DNA of 64,000 nucleotides from Podarcis liolepis (GCA_965112155.1 OZ218098.1); one strand, 5' to 3'. Shown: positions 26,208 through 40,451, numbered from the stretch's first letter. The notes: generated from the letters alone by a model not told the origin. Program-made: numbers and translations.

Positions 26208-27202
26208 TATAGTCAATAGCAGTTGTAAGATCTTAATAACACACAGGCTTGTCGATACAGTACAACAGCTTCCCCATTCATTGCAATGGAAGGGGTGGGT
26301 CTGCACATTTCTTTCCACACATAGAGCTTCCTATGCTGCTGGAGCTAGCTGCAGCATACAGAATCCACCTGCATCCCGCCATACACAGGTTTCTGAACCA
26401 GACAGAACCAGCTCATAAAACCTAACGCCTTTTGTATTAGGATGTGCTACATGAGGCAAATAGGCTAAACAATTACACAAACTGGTCTCCCCCTGCTGGG
26501 TTGCAGACTTTCTCCAGGGAGAAATGTTCTAGCCTGATAGGTCTGAGAAGAGATGTACTGTAGCTGCTACAGTTGCTGTTGCTGTTGCATTTTTCCTCAT
26601 CCCATTGACGTGCATATTTTTGTTTTACTTATTGCTCCAGTGATCTGAGAATCTTTCATGTCTGATTGCTTGCTCCATTTGTCAGAAGGTTAGCATTTCG
26701 GAACCCGAGAAGCAGCAAGGTGCAGGCTTTGATTTGTTATTTCCTTGGAATATTGCTACACACTTCCCTCTCTCGTCCTTGCCTTTTGCTCTGCAGTGAG
26801 GAGTGTCTTTGCAGCAGAAGCTGATTGTTGCTTTCAGGTTATTGATTAGCAGGGGAAACGGCCCACCTCTCCTCTGTTGTGCTGTTGGCACTCCTGTGTA
26901 AACAGAAGGGGAACAAACCACTTTTTCCAGTACTGAAGGCAATTACAGAAATATATTAGAAGCAGGAAGCAGAGGGGCGCAACCAATGTCCATTTTTCAT
27001 TTGCATGTAATAAATATTTGCACAATGAAGGAAAATCCCAGTCCAAGGTCAGCAGAGACTGCTTTAGTTTCTCATTACAGTCTATATATTTTACAGCTTA
27101 TATATAGGACTTTGATACAGTTTATCTACTATATATTATAGTACAGTAAGCCCGCAACTTACGCACGTTTAATTTGTGTGCATTCAGCTTTATATACGTG
27201 TC

Positions 27203-27253
<51 letters not shown>
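27203..27253. repeat. (GATA)n microsatellite
   Basis: Directly visible. Confidence 0.95.
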
Positions 27254-29360
27254 GGGGCAGAAGGAAGTGAGCGTGTGGGGGGGAAAGACTTTGGCAATCC
27301 CACCCGCCATTGACCCTAATGTGTTTTGATCATACACAATTTTGGATTTAGGTGCCATCTCTAAAATGTAACCCCTGCATAAGTTTTGTACTTTCTGGTG
27401 CTGAATGATCTTTTCCCCAGCTGCTTCTTCTGTGGTTTATGTTCTTGCCAGGGCTCAGCATCAGTAAATTCAGGAATATGTGAAGACATAATGAAACAAA
27501 CAGTCCCTAAGCATATGCAGAGTGCCTTTCCTTGATCACAAAGAAATTGCACCCTGCCTCCACACCTTTGGGTTTAAGGCAGAGGGTTTTCAAGGCTTCA
27601 AAGGAGGTCTTGCCCAAACATCTTTTCAGGGAGAAATTCAAGACTAAACTGCAAAACATGAAACCACCATAACAGAATTTGTTGTGATCATTTATACTTC
27701 TGTTTCATACCTCACAAAAGCTACAGTGATGTTAGCAATGATAATGACATGGGCCAAATATAGTCATCCTATTTTAAATAAAGAATACTGCACATATGGC
27801 ATGTACACCTATCCCATAAACTCTAGATAATTGTTTAGAATAATAAATACTCAGCAGGCACTCACAATCCAACACAGAATTAGGCACATTTAAGTCTGGT
27901 GGATTAATATGTGAATAGCTCTGTGATGGACTACATCCTATGTTGTTGTTTATTAGTTGCTAATTTGTTATTAAATTTGGGGTTATTTTATTACTCCCTA
28001 ATCCAGATATATGTGTTCCAAGGCCCTGTGCAAAATATAATAAAAGCAGCTTAAAAAAAACATGAAACAGTGCAGAAATTGGAAATATTGCATTTGACTT
28101 GGAAACCAATAGGAGGCACAAAATGGAACATTCTGATAGGAATTTGGCCTGTCACGGTTCCTGTGGTCCCTGCAAAACCTTGATGGTCAGTCCAGAGGAA
28201 GGAGGAAAGGTCAAGAACCAGTGGGACTGACTAGGCTAAATTTCCACATTTATTTACTTTTTGGCTGCCGGCTCTTAGTAATAGACAAACCCTCTGCATC
28301 CCCTTCTTACAGAGCACTTGAGAGGAGTACCCATGCGTGTATCATGAGTAATGATGTTAATGCCAGCAACACACACACACACACACACTTTCAGAAGTAC
28401 ACAGCAACAATGGAAGAGGGGCAGGATCAGGGCTGTAAGTAAACTTCCTTTGTAGGTTCTTTGAAAAAGAACAATAGCTAAGGATTAGCAAGACAAGCCA
28501 TTCCTCTTTTGTTTCAAAGGATAACACCTGAATGATCATTCCAGCCAGAAAGTTTTTGATTATACAGTGCAGCACAGAAGTCATACAAGATTCTGCCTTC
28601 CTTTTTTAAACACTTTCTAGAAGGTGCTGTGATTTGTTTTTGCAATTTCTTGAAGAGATTCATGGGGTGAGTGTGGAATTGGTGAAGACTGGGAGACGGC
28701 TGGGGCACTTTGCAGGATTTCAGAGCGACAGGCATTCCTGAGGCATCATCACTTATGATCTAAACTTAGTAAAGGGATGCATGCAACAGTTCTTGTCCAA
28801 GAAATGGTGATTCTGGCTCTGAACAAACATGGTGCTCATCTCCACTTACCTCTTGCCCTGCACTTGCTAGGCACAGGTCTGTGCTTTAAAGTGCTATGCC
28901 AGAGTTATTTCTTTTTGCCCAGGGCTTTCCCTGCAAAAACTCGCTCTTTAATGCTGAACTGGAATAAACAACAACAATTCAGGTTTCCCACATATTGTGG
29001 TTTGCTCCAATTGAGCGGTAAAGGACTGGGCCAAAACTAAAAAGCGCTCACTTTAAGACCTGTGCCTAGAAATACCCACAGCCAGGGCAGTACCAGGAAA
29101 AGAGTGCTGGAGTGGCATAGAATGGGAGAGAGAGAAACAGGCAAACTGAGGCACAGGATTGTGTGTAGGCAACAGCACAGAGAGGGTAGTGGTTGTGTGG
29201 TTGTGTATAGTGGGACAAAAGAGTATATATTAAGCAGAGATACCAATTCTGCCTCTCTCTCTGAGACCTGAGGAGAGTGCAGAGCTTTACCAGTGTCTTA
29301 ACACTAGAAGAAAATCCACCATCTTTACATGTGCTGTGAGCAGAGCTGTACATTATAAGG

Positions 29361-29527
29361 CAGGTGTGTCCAGCGTCCATTTCGGGGGCCGGTCAGTTTA
29401 ATGCGGCCCCTGTGGCAGTTTATTTCAACAACTTCAATCCTAAAAAAAGGTCGGCCCTTTGGTCAGCCCTCATGGCCCTTCACTTCATCAAATCTGGCCC
29501 TCTTTGAAAAAAGTTTGGACACGCCTG
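29361..29527. mobile_element. hAT-type MITE
   Basis: TIRs CAGGTGTGTCCA / TGGACACGCCTG; internal sequence shared with 54285-54511. Confidence 0.75.
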
Positions 29528-30537
29528 GGGAAACACAGAGTTGCCAACCCAGCATTTTCCTTGAACTGGGCATGGGGGACACTTGCAAAGGAGTACTGTC
29601 AAGCGGGAGGGTGCTGACCCCTTATGAAAAAGTGCATGTCCCCACCTACCTTGTGAGGTAGGACAGGTTGGGAAGCTCCTTGTGTGTGATTGACTGCCAG
29701 CACCTCCTAGGTTCCCCTGACTTTGAAGGTGGTGGGGTTTCAAAGCTATGGGGTTTCCTGAGACTATGGAAGTAATGCTTATCAGGTCCACTGGTTGCCA
29801 CCAGCCCAGACCCCACCCTGCAACTCCTGTTTATCCCTCCATACAAATGAGTAGCATATAACCCACAATAGCTTGGCACCTGAGTAAGGCCAAACCTGTG
29901 AGGTAGCACAATACTGTACTTCTTCAATTCCTGGCCTATAATTCCAGTTGCGTATTAAATGATTCAAGACAAAAGAGGAAGAGGAGTCGGAGACTGCAGA
30001 AAAAGAAAATAAATGGCAATTTGTTTTCTAGCTAACTTTTACACAGTTTCTAAGTCAGTTTAACATTTACATAAAACTCTGCATCCTTTACAGCAGAGAT
30101 GCACTGGACTCCTTCGGAGGCTCAGATGAGGAATAAGCCATATTCAGGGTGAACAGAGACAAAGACATACTCAAGCCACCTTACTTTTATGCTGCTTTCC
30201 AGAAGGGGGCTATGGGAGAGGGGTGCAATCGGTAAGAGAGGATCTTTGGGTTCACCAGTTCCAGCAAAATAACAATACTTAACACCTTGGTAGCTCAGGG
30301 GAATAGCTTTAGGAAACTGCAAACCCAAGGCAGTCTTTCCCTCCTGTTCTTGCTAGACACTGTATGTATATGGATAGGAAATTTCTTAAAATGAGAAGAC
30401 ATTTCTTAAAGTGATAGGAAGGTGGCGCCATTGCTTTCATCACACAGTTTTCTCCCAGGCGCCAGCTCTTCCCCGTAGATTCTCACAGGCTGTTTCTCAT
30501 TAGCCACACACACTCCTGACTCAAAGTATGAAGTAAC

Positions 30538-30539
<2 letters not shown>

Positions 30540-30579
<40 letters not shown>
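30540..30579. repeat. (GT)n microsatellite
   Basis: Directly visible. Confidence 0.95.
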
Positions 30580-30582
<3 letters not shown>

Positions 30583-30982
30583 CAGTCATGGGAAGTGCAT
30601 TTTCATAACAGCAGACCTAGGAGAAGTTAAGTTCCTCTACCTCTTGCCTGTTTTTGCAAGTGTCGCCTCAACCCCTGCATATTCGCAACCCCGAGTCTTC
30701 ACTGCCAGCATCAGGAAATTTGAGCAGTTACATCGTCTGCAATAATGCCTTCCCAGCACTCACAAGTTTGAAGCAGTCCAACACAATGGCGGGGGGGATA
30801 TCTTCCAAATGTCACCTTGCTCAACCACCTTCAGCATGAGTGCTTTGTTATTCATTATGGCTTTGGAAGAACTTCCTGTACATTCTGCCTGAGAAGACAT
30901 AGTGAAACCACATCAGAAACTAATTGCTTTTGGTCCTCACCTTACCTTCCAAGATATGCCATACATCCCTCCTAGAAGATGG

Positions 30983-30983
<1 letters not shown>

Positions 30984-31013
<30 letters not shown>

Positions 31014-31049
31014 CTTCTTCTTCTTCTTCTTCTTCTTCTTCTTCTTCTT
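30984..31049. repeat. (CTT)n microsatellite
   Basis: Perfect trinucleotide run. Confidence 0.95.
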
Positions 31050-31619
31050 GTTATACAAATACAAAATTTAAACATGAACAGTGCAGCTTATCAAAATCCA
31101 AGGCAACAAAATGTTAACATTTCAAAAAGTAATAAAAACCAAATGCATTCATATTCCTGCCAAAAAAAAAAAGGCAAAAGGATGTCAGTGAGAGCAAAGG
31201 GGAAAAGCAATTTCTTCTAAGGGTCCGCGGCAGGTGAAAAGCTTTACCCCTTGACTGTTCCAGCAGTCTCTCCCCTGTAGCAAGTATCAGTGAACACAGT
31301 TTGACCTAGCATAAGGCAGCTACCTCCCTGTTGACCCATCTAATCCAGTGTTGCCTGCCTGGCAGACCCTCATCACCTGCTATCTGATTCTTCCATCCTG
31401 AGGAATCCAAGACCCTTGGCATGCAAACTGTGGCTGCTTTACTGCTGAGCTAGGCCTAGGAGGTGCCAACTCCATTCCTCATCTCCCCCACCCTGGCCTA
31501 TTCATTCTTAAGTGAATCTGCCCATGGTTGCTCTGTGAGAAAGCCACAGCCACTCTTGGATAGAAGATGGCATGGAGGGACAAACAAAGGAAATAACCCT
31601 ATCTCCAGAATACCTGTGC

Positions 31620-32297
31620 ATTTCACAGGGAAACCAAAATGCTTGCTTACAAAGCTATTGTACTACCAACCTTACTATATGGTTGTGAAACATGGACCAC
31701 TTATAAACGCCATCTCCAACTCCTTGAAAGATTCCATCAACGGTGTCTCCAAAAATTTTTACACATCACTTGGGAAGACAGGCGAACTAATATCAGTGTA
31801 CTGGAAGAAGCAAAGATCATCAGTGTTGAAGCAATGATTCTTCAACATCAACTTTGTTGGACTGGTCATATTGTGCAGATGATTGTCTTCCAAAGCAACT
31901 ACTCTATTCCGAACTTAAAAATGGAAAGTGTAATGCTGGTGGTCAACAGAAGACGTTTAAAGACTGTCTCAAGGCAAATCTTTAAAAAAGTAATATAAAC
32001 ACCAACAACTGGGAAACACTGGCCTGCGAGCACTCCAGTTGGAGAACAGCCTTTACTAAAGGTGTCATGGGCTTTGAAGACACTCAAACTCAGGATGCAA
32101 GGGAGAAACGTGCTAAGAGGAAGGCACACTTGGCAAATCCACACCGTGATCAACTCCCACCCGGGAACCAATGTTCCCACTGTGGAAGGATGTGTGGATC
32201 CAGAATTGGCTTCCACAGTCACATACGGACTCATTGTTAAAACCATGTTTATGGAAGACAATCTTACTCGGCTATGAGTGATCGCCAAAGAAGAAGC
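31620..32297 (+). mobile_element. RTE-clade LINE, 5'-truncated 3' fragment with frameshifted ORF
   Basis: YKAIVLPTLLYGCETWT...ERFHQRCL...WTGHIVQM is the typical RTE post-RT region. A C-terminal CX2CX12HX3H motif (CSHCGRMCGSRIGFHSHIRTH) ends at TAA 32238-40, followed by a short (GAA)n tail. Confidence 0.88.
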
Positions 32298-35200
32298 AGC
32301 AGCATTCAGACAGTTGCCTTCCGAGCCGAAAGAGTGATGGCACCTTTGCCACTTGTGGGCAGGGCTGTCCATTTCTAGTGCCTGAGGTAAAAAAAATACA
32401 AAATACAAATGACACCCCTTGTGCTAAATGAAATAAACAGGAAGTCCATAAGAACACAATGGTGAGCTATATCAAAGTCAATTTGTGTATAAATGTTTTT
32501 GCCCTCACTGAACAACAAAAAGCTCCCACTTGTTTGCGGACCTGACTTTAAGGTCTGCCACCTCCTTCAGGGCTGTGCTTGTAGTCATATCCATTTGTGC
32601 TAACCGACACAACTATTGCCTTGCACAGTGTGGGGCTTCCATAGATCCTGCCTTTATTGGAGAGCATTATTGATGTGGCAGGCAGAGGGCCCCCTCAGAC
32701 TGTGCAATCTTTATGTAGTCAGGGAAGAAGAACCTGAAGTGGATTTGTTTACATTTTTTGCTCCCCAAACAGGCCTTTGGAACACAAGCCCTCTGAATGT
32801 TTCATTTCTCTCACATCATTTTTCATGGCCCTGGGACTAGGTTGACTCTTCATGTACTCTTCACAGGAGATTTGTCTTCTTCCCTGTCATTTGTGGATGC
32901 CACGGACGGAGAACTTGTTAGGTGAGTGAAGAGCTTGCGTAACTGGTAGTCACTAGAATCTTGTGTCTTTTTTTTTTTGTAATGCTAATATAAAGATGTT
33001 TTGCCACTTTCCAAAAGACATCAAGCTCTTCAGTTGCTTCTAAGATCTTTGCACTGAATGACCTCTCGTTGTACATGCCTCAGTGCCTGCAGGTTTGGCA
33101 AAACACACACACCAAGACCTTCATTTACACAAATGATGTAGATGATTTTGTTGAAATATAACATCCCTTTATGAAATACTTTACTGATAACCCTGAAGAA
33201 TGGCAACCACCGAAATCACAGACTAAACCTTGGCAAAATTAAATAGACTGATCAGTCCTGGAGTGGGTGGGTGGGGGGCGTAAATTGGGGTTTTTATTTT
33301 GCATTTTCTCTCACTTTTTTAAAATTTATTTTATTTTATTGCTGCTATATATTGGAAATCAATCAAACCTTTTAAAAAAGAACTTCAATGCACTGCTGGC
33401 AATGTGATTAGTATTGCCATGAAATTGAAGTTGAACTAAATGGGTTTGGGGGGTTCACCCCTCCGACTGCTTGTGGAAAAAAGACTGCTGAAAGAGACAC
33501 TAGATGGACAAACTTCGCCTGGCAGATTCTCTTTTGCTGGGAGAAAGTGTCTTTGAATGACTCCACTGTTCTTATGCAAAGGCCATCAACCTTACCACTG
33601 GTTCTTTCTCTATCTCTTTCTCCAGGAGATCACAATGTGAAATTATGTCTTTCTGCTGGAAAAGCTGGCAACTGACACCTAAACAAATAAATCTGTTACT
33701 ACCTCCAGTGGCAATGAAAGCCCTATCGGTTACTGGGTTCACCAATTCCCCCTCCACCGCCAATTCCCAGAAGGAATGGTAAAGAACCCCAAAAGTTATG
33801 AAGGACCATATGTGCTTCAGGCTCCTGCTGGAAAAGTGAATAAGGAACCAAATGCTGAGTTGTCTTAGGCTTGGAACCTAAATTTCAATGCCGTTCACAT
33901 AAGGAACAACCACCAGTTCCCTCCTCCATCAGCAGCTCCTACACAATCTATTCCAACCCCTCTCAAGCAGGGAGAGTTGCAAAAGGGGGTGGGAAAGTCC
34001 AATTTCATGAATGTGAGCTCCGTTCCATTCACAAAAAGGATAGTTCGGATCCAGTCCATAATCTTAAGTGTATTTGTAAATGTACCATCTGTTCAATGTG
34101 CGTTGTCATGGATACATTTGTGGGTGGCACTCCAGGGTGAATGATGGAAGCTATGTAATACCACCATTTGCTTGTGACTATCACTGCATGGAGAAAGTAG
34201 GGAAGGGCTGCAGGAGAAAGGAGGTCGGAACCCTTTTTCTGTGATCTAAAACCACTCACCCACCAGTGCTGCTATTAGCTCCACCACAGGAAAACACAGG
34301 CACATGCATCATACGTCTGCCTTTTTTTTTTAACCCTTGCACAGCAAACTGCAACCCTACAATGTAGACTGGTGAACTGATGGAGAACAGGGTTAAGACC
34401 TAGTATTCAAAGCACCTGCGAGGGGCTGCTGATTAGCATTGCAAATGCAAGTAACCCTGCTCCGAGGCCTCCCGCAGCACATTTAATTTGTCCTTCAATT
34501 GATTTTAGACATTTTCTCAGCCCAACAGTCAGGCTCATAGTTGTACTTAACAAATGTAGAATTCTCTAATGTTGTGGTGAGATAAATTCAGGGTGTTCTC
34601 CCCCAAATAGGAAGATGGATGCCTAATCCAAGACTCTCCTGATCTTGATAAGGATCTTGTATAGAGCAAGTAGTTTCATAGGAGTTGCAATATCAAGGAA
34701 AGCTTGAAGAGAGCAATTTAAACCATCCAAGTTGGCTTTATGCTTTCAGGTCACCCCGTCCCAGACTCCTTAAGGAATGGAAGATCTTCAAGGGACTTGC
34801 CCACTCATGAGGCAAGGCAAGACGACCACCTTGGGCAGCAGGATCCACAGAATCCAGCCTCCAAGGAACGCACCACCACCCCCTGCTGCTTCTGCTGTCG
34901 CAGTGTCAGCAACAGCTGTTGCATGCTTCTTGGAGGGACGATCTTCTGCCTCCTCGGCAGTTGCCTCCACAACAGCCTCTCAGGGAATAGGAGGCACCGC
35001 TGGTCTCCTCTTCCCCCTAGAGCTGCTCTTTGGGGGTCTCCTGGGCTCTGCAGCTGCCCAGCATGATTCAGAACAGCCCCCCCCCCGTAATGTCCTTTGA
35101 TTCCCACTTCAGCCATTGGGGAAGGTTGATTTTATTCCCCACCCTTTGTTCCTGATGTAGATATTTATTCACCCTTTGCTCCTGGGTGTAGGTCTTCACA

Positions 35201-35951
35201 GCCCTTCTTCCCTGGCTGGGAGAGAGGTGCCGTATTGTGGTTTGCCTCAAGGTGCCAAACTGTATTGGGCTGGCCCTGGCCAGCTTACAGTCTACTACTC
35301 CTTCCCCTTTCTGACTCCAGTTGAGTCATCTCTACAAATGGGTCAGCATGGAGCTGCAGGTGCCTGACATAGAGGGAGACAGTTCCTGGTGTGGGGCAAA
35401 GCTTGAAGGGTATGGTGTGTGGCTCTCATCTGGGCATGATGCTGCTTCCTGGGTTGCCTTCTAGCACCTCTGGCTCCTGCACTACTGGCCTGAAAGGTCC
35501 AGTCTGGCCTGCACTTCTGAGTCGGCAGCTGGAGTGAGGACTGCTCCTCAAGACTGGGGTTCTGACAAAAACTGCTATCTAATCTAGCACCCCAAAGCTG
35601 ATCCACAAATAGGCTGAGGGAGGCTCAAAGCAGTTCAAGGTCAGTTTAAACCTGCATGGGTTTTCCTCTCCCTGTCTCCATTGACATACCTTTCCCTGTT
35701 GTTGTTGTTTATGAATCTTGGCTACACCCACCATTTTTCCCCAGGGGAAAGGCTGATTCCTGATAAAAGCAAGACCCTTGCTGTTTTGCTTCAGCACAGC
35801 TTAAACGGTTAAGTTGTCTTGTGGATTCCATATGTATTCTCCTTGCTGAATGTGCACACACACACTGAGCATAAGAATTTGTAAAAGGGTGGTCTGATGA
35901 AAGCCAGCATATTGTCTTATTTCAGAACAATCCACAATCTGCTTAAATACA

Positions 35952-36174
35952 TAGTGGAACCTTGGGTTGCAGACGTGACGGAGGCACGTCTGCAACCCGC
36001 AGTGTTCATAACCTGCAGCGCCACGTCTGCGCATGCGCGTGACGCAATTTGGCGCTTCTGCACATGCATGAGTGACGAAACCTGGAAGTAACCCTTTCCA
36101 GTACTTCCGGGTTTCCCGCGGTCCACAACCCGAAAACACATAACCCAAAGTATTTGTAACCCAAGGTACCACTG
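35952..36174. mobile_element. Tc1/mariner MITE, related TIRs but different interior (family B)
   Basis: TAGTGGAACCTTGGGTTGCA / TGTAACCCAAGGTACCACTG, TA on the right side. Confidence 0.8.
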
Positions 36175-38860
36175 TACAGTACACGACTTGCATTTCTGGA
36201 TCAGAGCAAGGTCCATTTCCCAAGAACTTTATATTAAATGGATTTCCACAGTAGTGACCAGCCAGATTGCACAGAGCACTCATGGCGGATCTGGGCATAA
36301 ATATGGCAGCATCCACAGTTGTTTGCCTAGTTGTGGCTAATTAGAGGAATTCTGCCTTTCCATTTAGGCCGTGGGTCTAACAGCCCTAGTGGAATTATCC
36401 TATGTACCAGTTATCCCAGATGGGAGAAAGCAGTTCTTCTGTGATAGGGCATGTCATATGCATGCTCAGTTTGGGAGGTGAAGGAGTAAATCCACATCCA
36501 GAGTTAAGCACACCCTCTGGGTGGATCTACACCTGGGGGTAAAACTCTTTGGAAAAATCACAAAGAAATTTATTTGCTCTCCAGCACCACCTGGTGTTGC
36601 ATGTTTATAACTCATTCAAAACAGTTTTTTGACTAATGTATCGGAGTCCTCTGTGTCCCTTGAAATACTACCAGGTCTCACTAGTCAGGGATTGTGCTAG
36701 CAACAACACTCGTATACTTCCCACACATGGAGGGAGCTAGTGAACCTATGACAATGAGGAGTCTCCCCATCACAAATCCCTATATCAAATCCATGCCCAT
36801 CACATGCAAAATAACACCACAAGAACCCTCCTTCCTGATCAGCTCCAATGGCACAACCTTGGTCCTTCCAAGTCCCCAGGCATCCTTCAGGCAAGGGCTC
36901 AGGTCTACTTATGCTGCTCTTGTGCTGTGTTTTGGAGCACGATAAACACACAATGGGGAGGAAGGACACAGAGCCTAGCACCCACACAGCTTCCTGGACA
37001 AGAGTTCTGGGACAAAGGTTAAAGAGCCACCCAGAGAGAGAAAAAAGAAAGCCAGGGGAGGGCCAAGACACTTGACAGGGGGAACCCACAGGCACACCCT
37101 GATGTCACAAACACAGCCACCCCTTCCAGTGACTCACACAGCGTCACTCTGTAGGAAAGAGGAACTGGGAAGCAGGAGAGGAGTGTTTGAGCCCCACCAG
37201 GCAGAATCTGAAAGTGAAGGTGCTCCCACTCACCTTTTGAAAGGTCTGGTGCAGGGGAACCAGTCATGTCAAGGCAAATGGGAGCTTCTGGAACTGAAAC
37301 CCCTTCTGCAAGCTCTGCAGAGAAGTTCCCTACCCTTTTACCCACAGTAACAGACAGGAATCAGACAAATAATGGAGAACTAGTCTCTCTCCCACATCCC
37401 ATAGATGGTGCACACACTCCTGTTTTCTCTGCATCCAGTGTACTCCCACTACTGGTTCTGTAAGCAGTGTTCACAAGATGTTAGCCACAATCCATATCTA
37501 TCTGTTGTTTCTTAGAAAACGCAGTACTTATGAAACACGTTTCTTATGAAATGATGCATTTCCTCTCAGCTTGAATTGAGGTAAAGAATAACCTGGCCAC
37601 AAGGGAAGTTGTTTCCTGGGCTGCCGTTCCTCCCACTTCTGAGGGCAGTGGAACCACCAAGAGGACCCCCTCTGCCAATATTAGAGGGTCTGAACAAAAG
37701 GAGGAGACAGTCCTTCATATATTGACAACAGTAGAGGAGAACAACCCATTATCTAGCTCAGTCCCTCAACACCTTGGATTTGCTAAACTTGTTTTCCTTG
37801 TTTTCTTGCCACTCCCAAACTGTGTTTTTCTGATTTCGATGCCCGATTAAGGAGAAGTGAGTGGTAAAGATCAAAGGCTTTCCCCCTACACCTCTGTCCA
37901 AACTGATATCGACAGCCTCTTGCATGCATTGTGTGTTTTACTCACTCCAAGCTAGTCCAGTGGCCTGTTTTTCTGAACTTGTGGTATTAATTTCTTCCGG
38001 GCTTTTCTGAGTCTGGTGTCTAGCTGGGTGCTTGAAGGCCAGGCATTTGACCTGATCCTGAATGGCAGTTTATGTGTTTATATTGCAGAAGCTTGAAAAA
38101 TAATTTCGTTGAAAAGATATGGAACAGATACATAAATATTTATTAAATATAGGGTGTGCGTTATTTGTTTTTCACGTTAATAAAGCAAATGTCCCTTACT
38201 CTTTTGGAACCAACCACACAAGGATTTTCCACATTCAGGGCCACTATTTCAGATTTCAGCTGTGGTGAAGGCAAACAGATGTTAGTGGGAAAGGATTACA
38301 GGTCTCTGTCTAGTTTAAATATATTTCAAGATTAAATAATGGCAAGAAGACTGTATTTTAAATTGTAGCGACATTTTTATACCTTATAGTAACTTTACAG
38401 TGTCTTCAGCATGAGTCAATAGATTCATTCCTTTGAAATGTGAGTCAAGAAAAAAGGCCCACTTAATGGTTTATCACAGTAGTCAACCTGTATGTAGTGA
38501 GTAATCCAGAAAGATAGGTGTTCCTGAGGAATCATTGTTTTTGACCTTATTCTGAAACAGAGGTGGGTGGATGATGTTCCCTGACTTCCCTAAATGGAGT
38601 CCCTGCCCGTTATCCCGCTTCCTGAGATCAACCCACAGCATCCTCAGCTTTCAAGGGGAGAACAGCCTTTCATCTTTGAAAACGCAATTATGCAGGAAAA
38701 ACTGATGAGCTCAGAAAAGACTTTTGTCTTTGGCCAGATGGACAGAGATTGTTGATGCCACATTGGACTCTAGGGGCTATATATTGTTAAAGGGGCGAAA
38801 CCTTAAGGGAATTGGAAGGGGTGGGAAAAGAGCACTTTGGGCCTGAGGGTTAGAAAACTA

Positions 38861-39108
38861 CCGTATTTTTCACTCTATAAGACGCACCAGACCACAAGAC
38901 GCACCTAGTTTTTGGAGGAGGAAGACAAGGGAAAAAAATATTCTGAATCTCAGAAGCCAGAACAGCAAGAGGGTGAAAGCAGCAATCCCTCTTGTTGTTC
39001 TGGCTTCTGGGATAGCTGCGCAGCCTGCATTCACTCCATAAGACGCACACACATTTCCCCTTACTTTTTAGGAGGGAAAAAGTGAGTCTTATAGAGCAAA
39101 AAATACGG
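38861..39108. mobile_element. Tc1/mariner (Tc2-like) MITE
   Basis: TIRs CCGTATTTTTCACTCTATAAGAC / GTCTTATAGAGCAAAAAATACGG with TA TSD. Confidence 0.9.
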
Positions 39109-39710
39109 TATATAAACCACGGTCTATACTAGGCCTCTGCTTCAACAGGACCTGGCCAGCTGCATTCAGAAATGAAAGAAAACCAAGAAAAGAAAAACCA
39201 AGGAACCTGGAAGCAAAGGGACGTCTGGAAGTGAGGTTGGGTTGTTCCTCATGTTCTTACAATAAAAGGATATTACTGAGATGGGTAACTCTGGGAGCCA
39301 TATTTCAGTGTTGGGAGTCTATAACATCCCTCATCTTGCAGAAAATCCTCAATTAATCAAAGGTGTTGTGCCACTGCACCTTTAAGAGGCACACCCTCAT
39401 AGCAAAGGCTCTTCCCGAAACATTTGTGAAGAATTTGGGTTGGGTTGTTTTTAATTTTCCCATGTAAAGTACCCAAGCTTAATAAAATTTAGATGATCTA
39501 GCTATTAAATGTACCCTTGCTTGGGGGAAAAAATCCCTACTGGGATTTGTTAGAAACATTGACAAATTAATTAAATGTTGCACATGTAGGCTACTGGGTA
39601 TGCCCAAGCCATTGAGTTGACAATAAAACCCTGCACTAGCAGCGGAGAGGGAACTGGAAAAATTCAGCTGGACCTCTTCAGAACAGCCACAAGGGAAATT
39701 AGGGAAATGT

Positions 39711-39715
<5 letters not shown>

Positions 39716-39750
<35 letters not shown>
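39716..39750. repeat. (CT)n microsatellite
   Basis: Directly visible. Confidence 0.95.
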
Positions 39751-39753
<3 letters not shown>

Positions 39754-40217
39754 TCTTGGTTTGGAAGAATATCACAGTTCAAAAGCCTACCAATTTATAG
39801 AGAGAAAAGTCAGGCATGCATTAAAACTTTAGTCTGAACAAGGGAGGAATTAAGGAAGACACTCCCCCACACTTCCCTTTTCCTTATCTTGCATTCCTTA
39901 TGGTTTTGGATTAATAGACTTAAAGGATTATGTGTGGAAATCTCAGGTAAAATGTTACTAACTGGAGTATCTGTGACAGAAGGGACTCTCCCTAAAGTAT
40001 GTCACACCTCATCAAGGAAGATCAGGAGGAGCAAAATTGTGACAAATGGGGGGGTTGGGTTTTGGTTAAAATTGGGGGAGGGAGTACAAGACTGGTACAA
40101 GGCCTTAAAACGGTGACAGCGTTTATAAAAGCTTGTTATTCAGATGTCAGTGCTGGATATGTTTTGCCCATATGTTGAATTTGATTACAGCTTATGCTAA
40201 AATACATATACACCACA

Positions 40218-40372
40218 TTGGAAGGTTATGACTCTCCATCCTTGGAGGTTTTTAAGCAGTGGTTGGATGACCATATGCCATGGATGCTTTAGCTGAGATT
40301 CCTGCATTGCAGGGGGTTGGACTAGATGACCCTTGGGGTCCCTTCCAACTCTAAAACTCTATGATTCTATGA
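40218..40372 (+). mobile_element. CR1 LINE 3' end
   Basis: tctccatccttggaggtttttaag...ggttggactagatgacc...ggtcccttccaactct...atgattctatga, with the CR1 octamer-type tail. Confidence 0.88.
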
Positions 40373-40451
40373 GAATAACTGTGTTATTACTATTAACACT
40401 GTTTACTTTGTCACACAAAATGTAAAGGCATTTTCATATGTGTTGGCACGC

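Noticed and set aside
31639-31998. 119-aa ORF as a host gene
   Set aside because: Frameshifted fragment of an RTE retrotransposon ORF.
33187-33220. CTGAAGA...GAAA possible hammerhead ribozyme
   Set aside because: Stem II closing pair, stem III with cleavage triplet and stem I cannot be formed.
34740-35116. Overlapping ORFs with Cys clusters (PCCFCCRS..SCC; GFCGSCCPRW) as a KRTAP5-like ancestor
   Set aside because: Cys content is low and there are no CCxP or GCG repeats or MGCCGC start; GC-rich sequence is open in several frames. A tBLASTn or skin RNA-seq check would settle it.
36683-37077. Possible second solo LTR
   Set aside because: Only weak terminal similarity (AGTCAGGG...CTTGACA) and no TSD.
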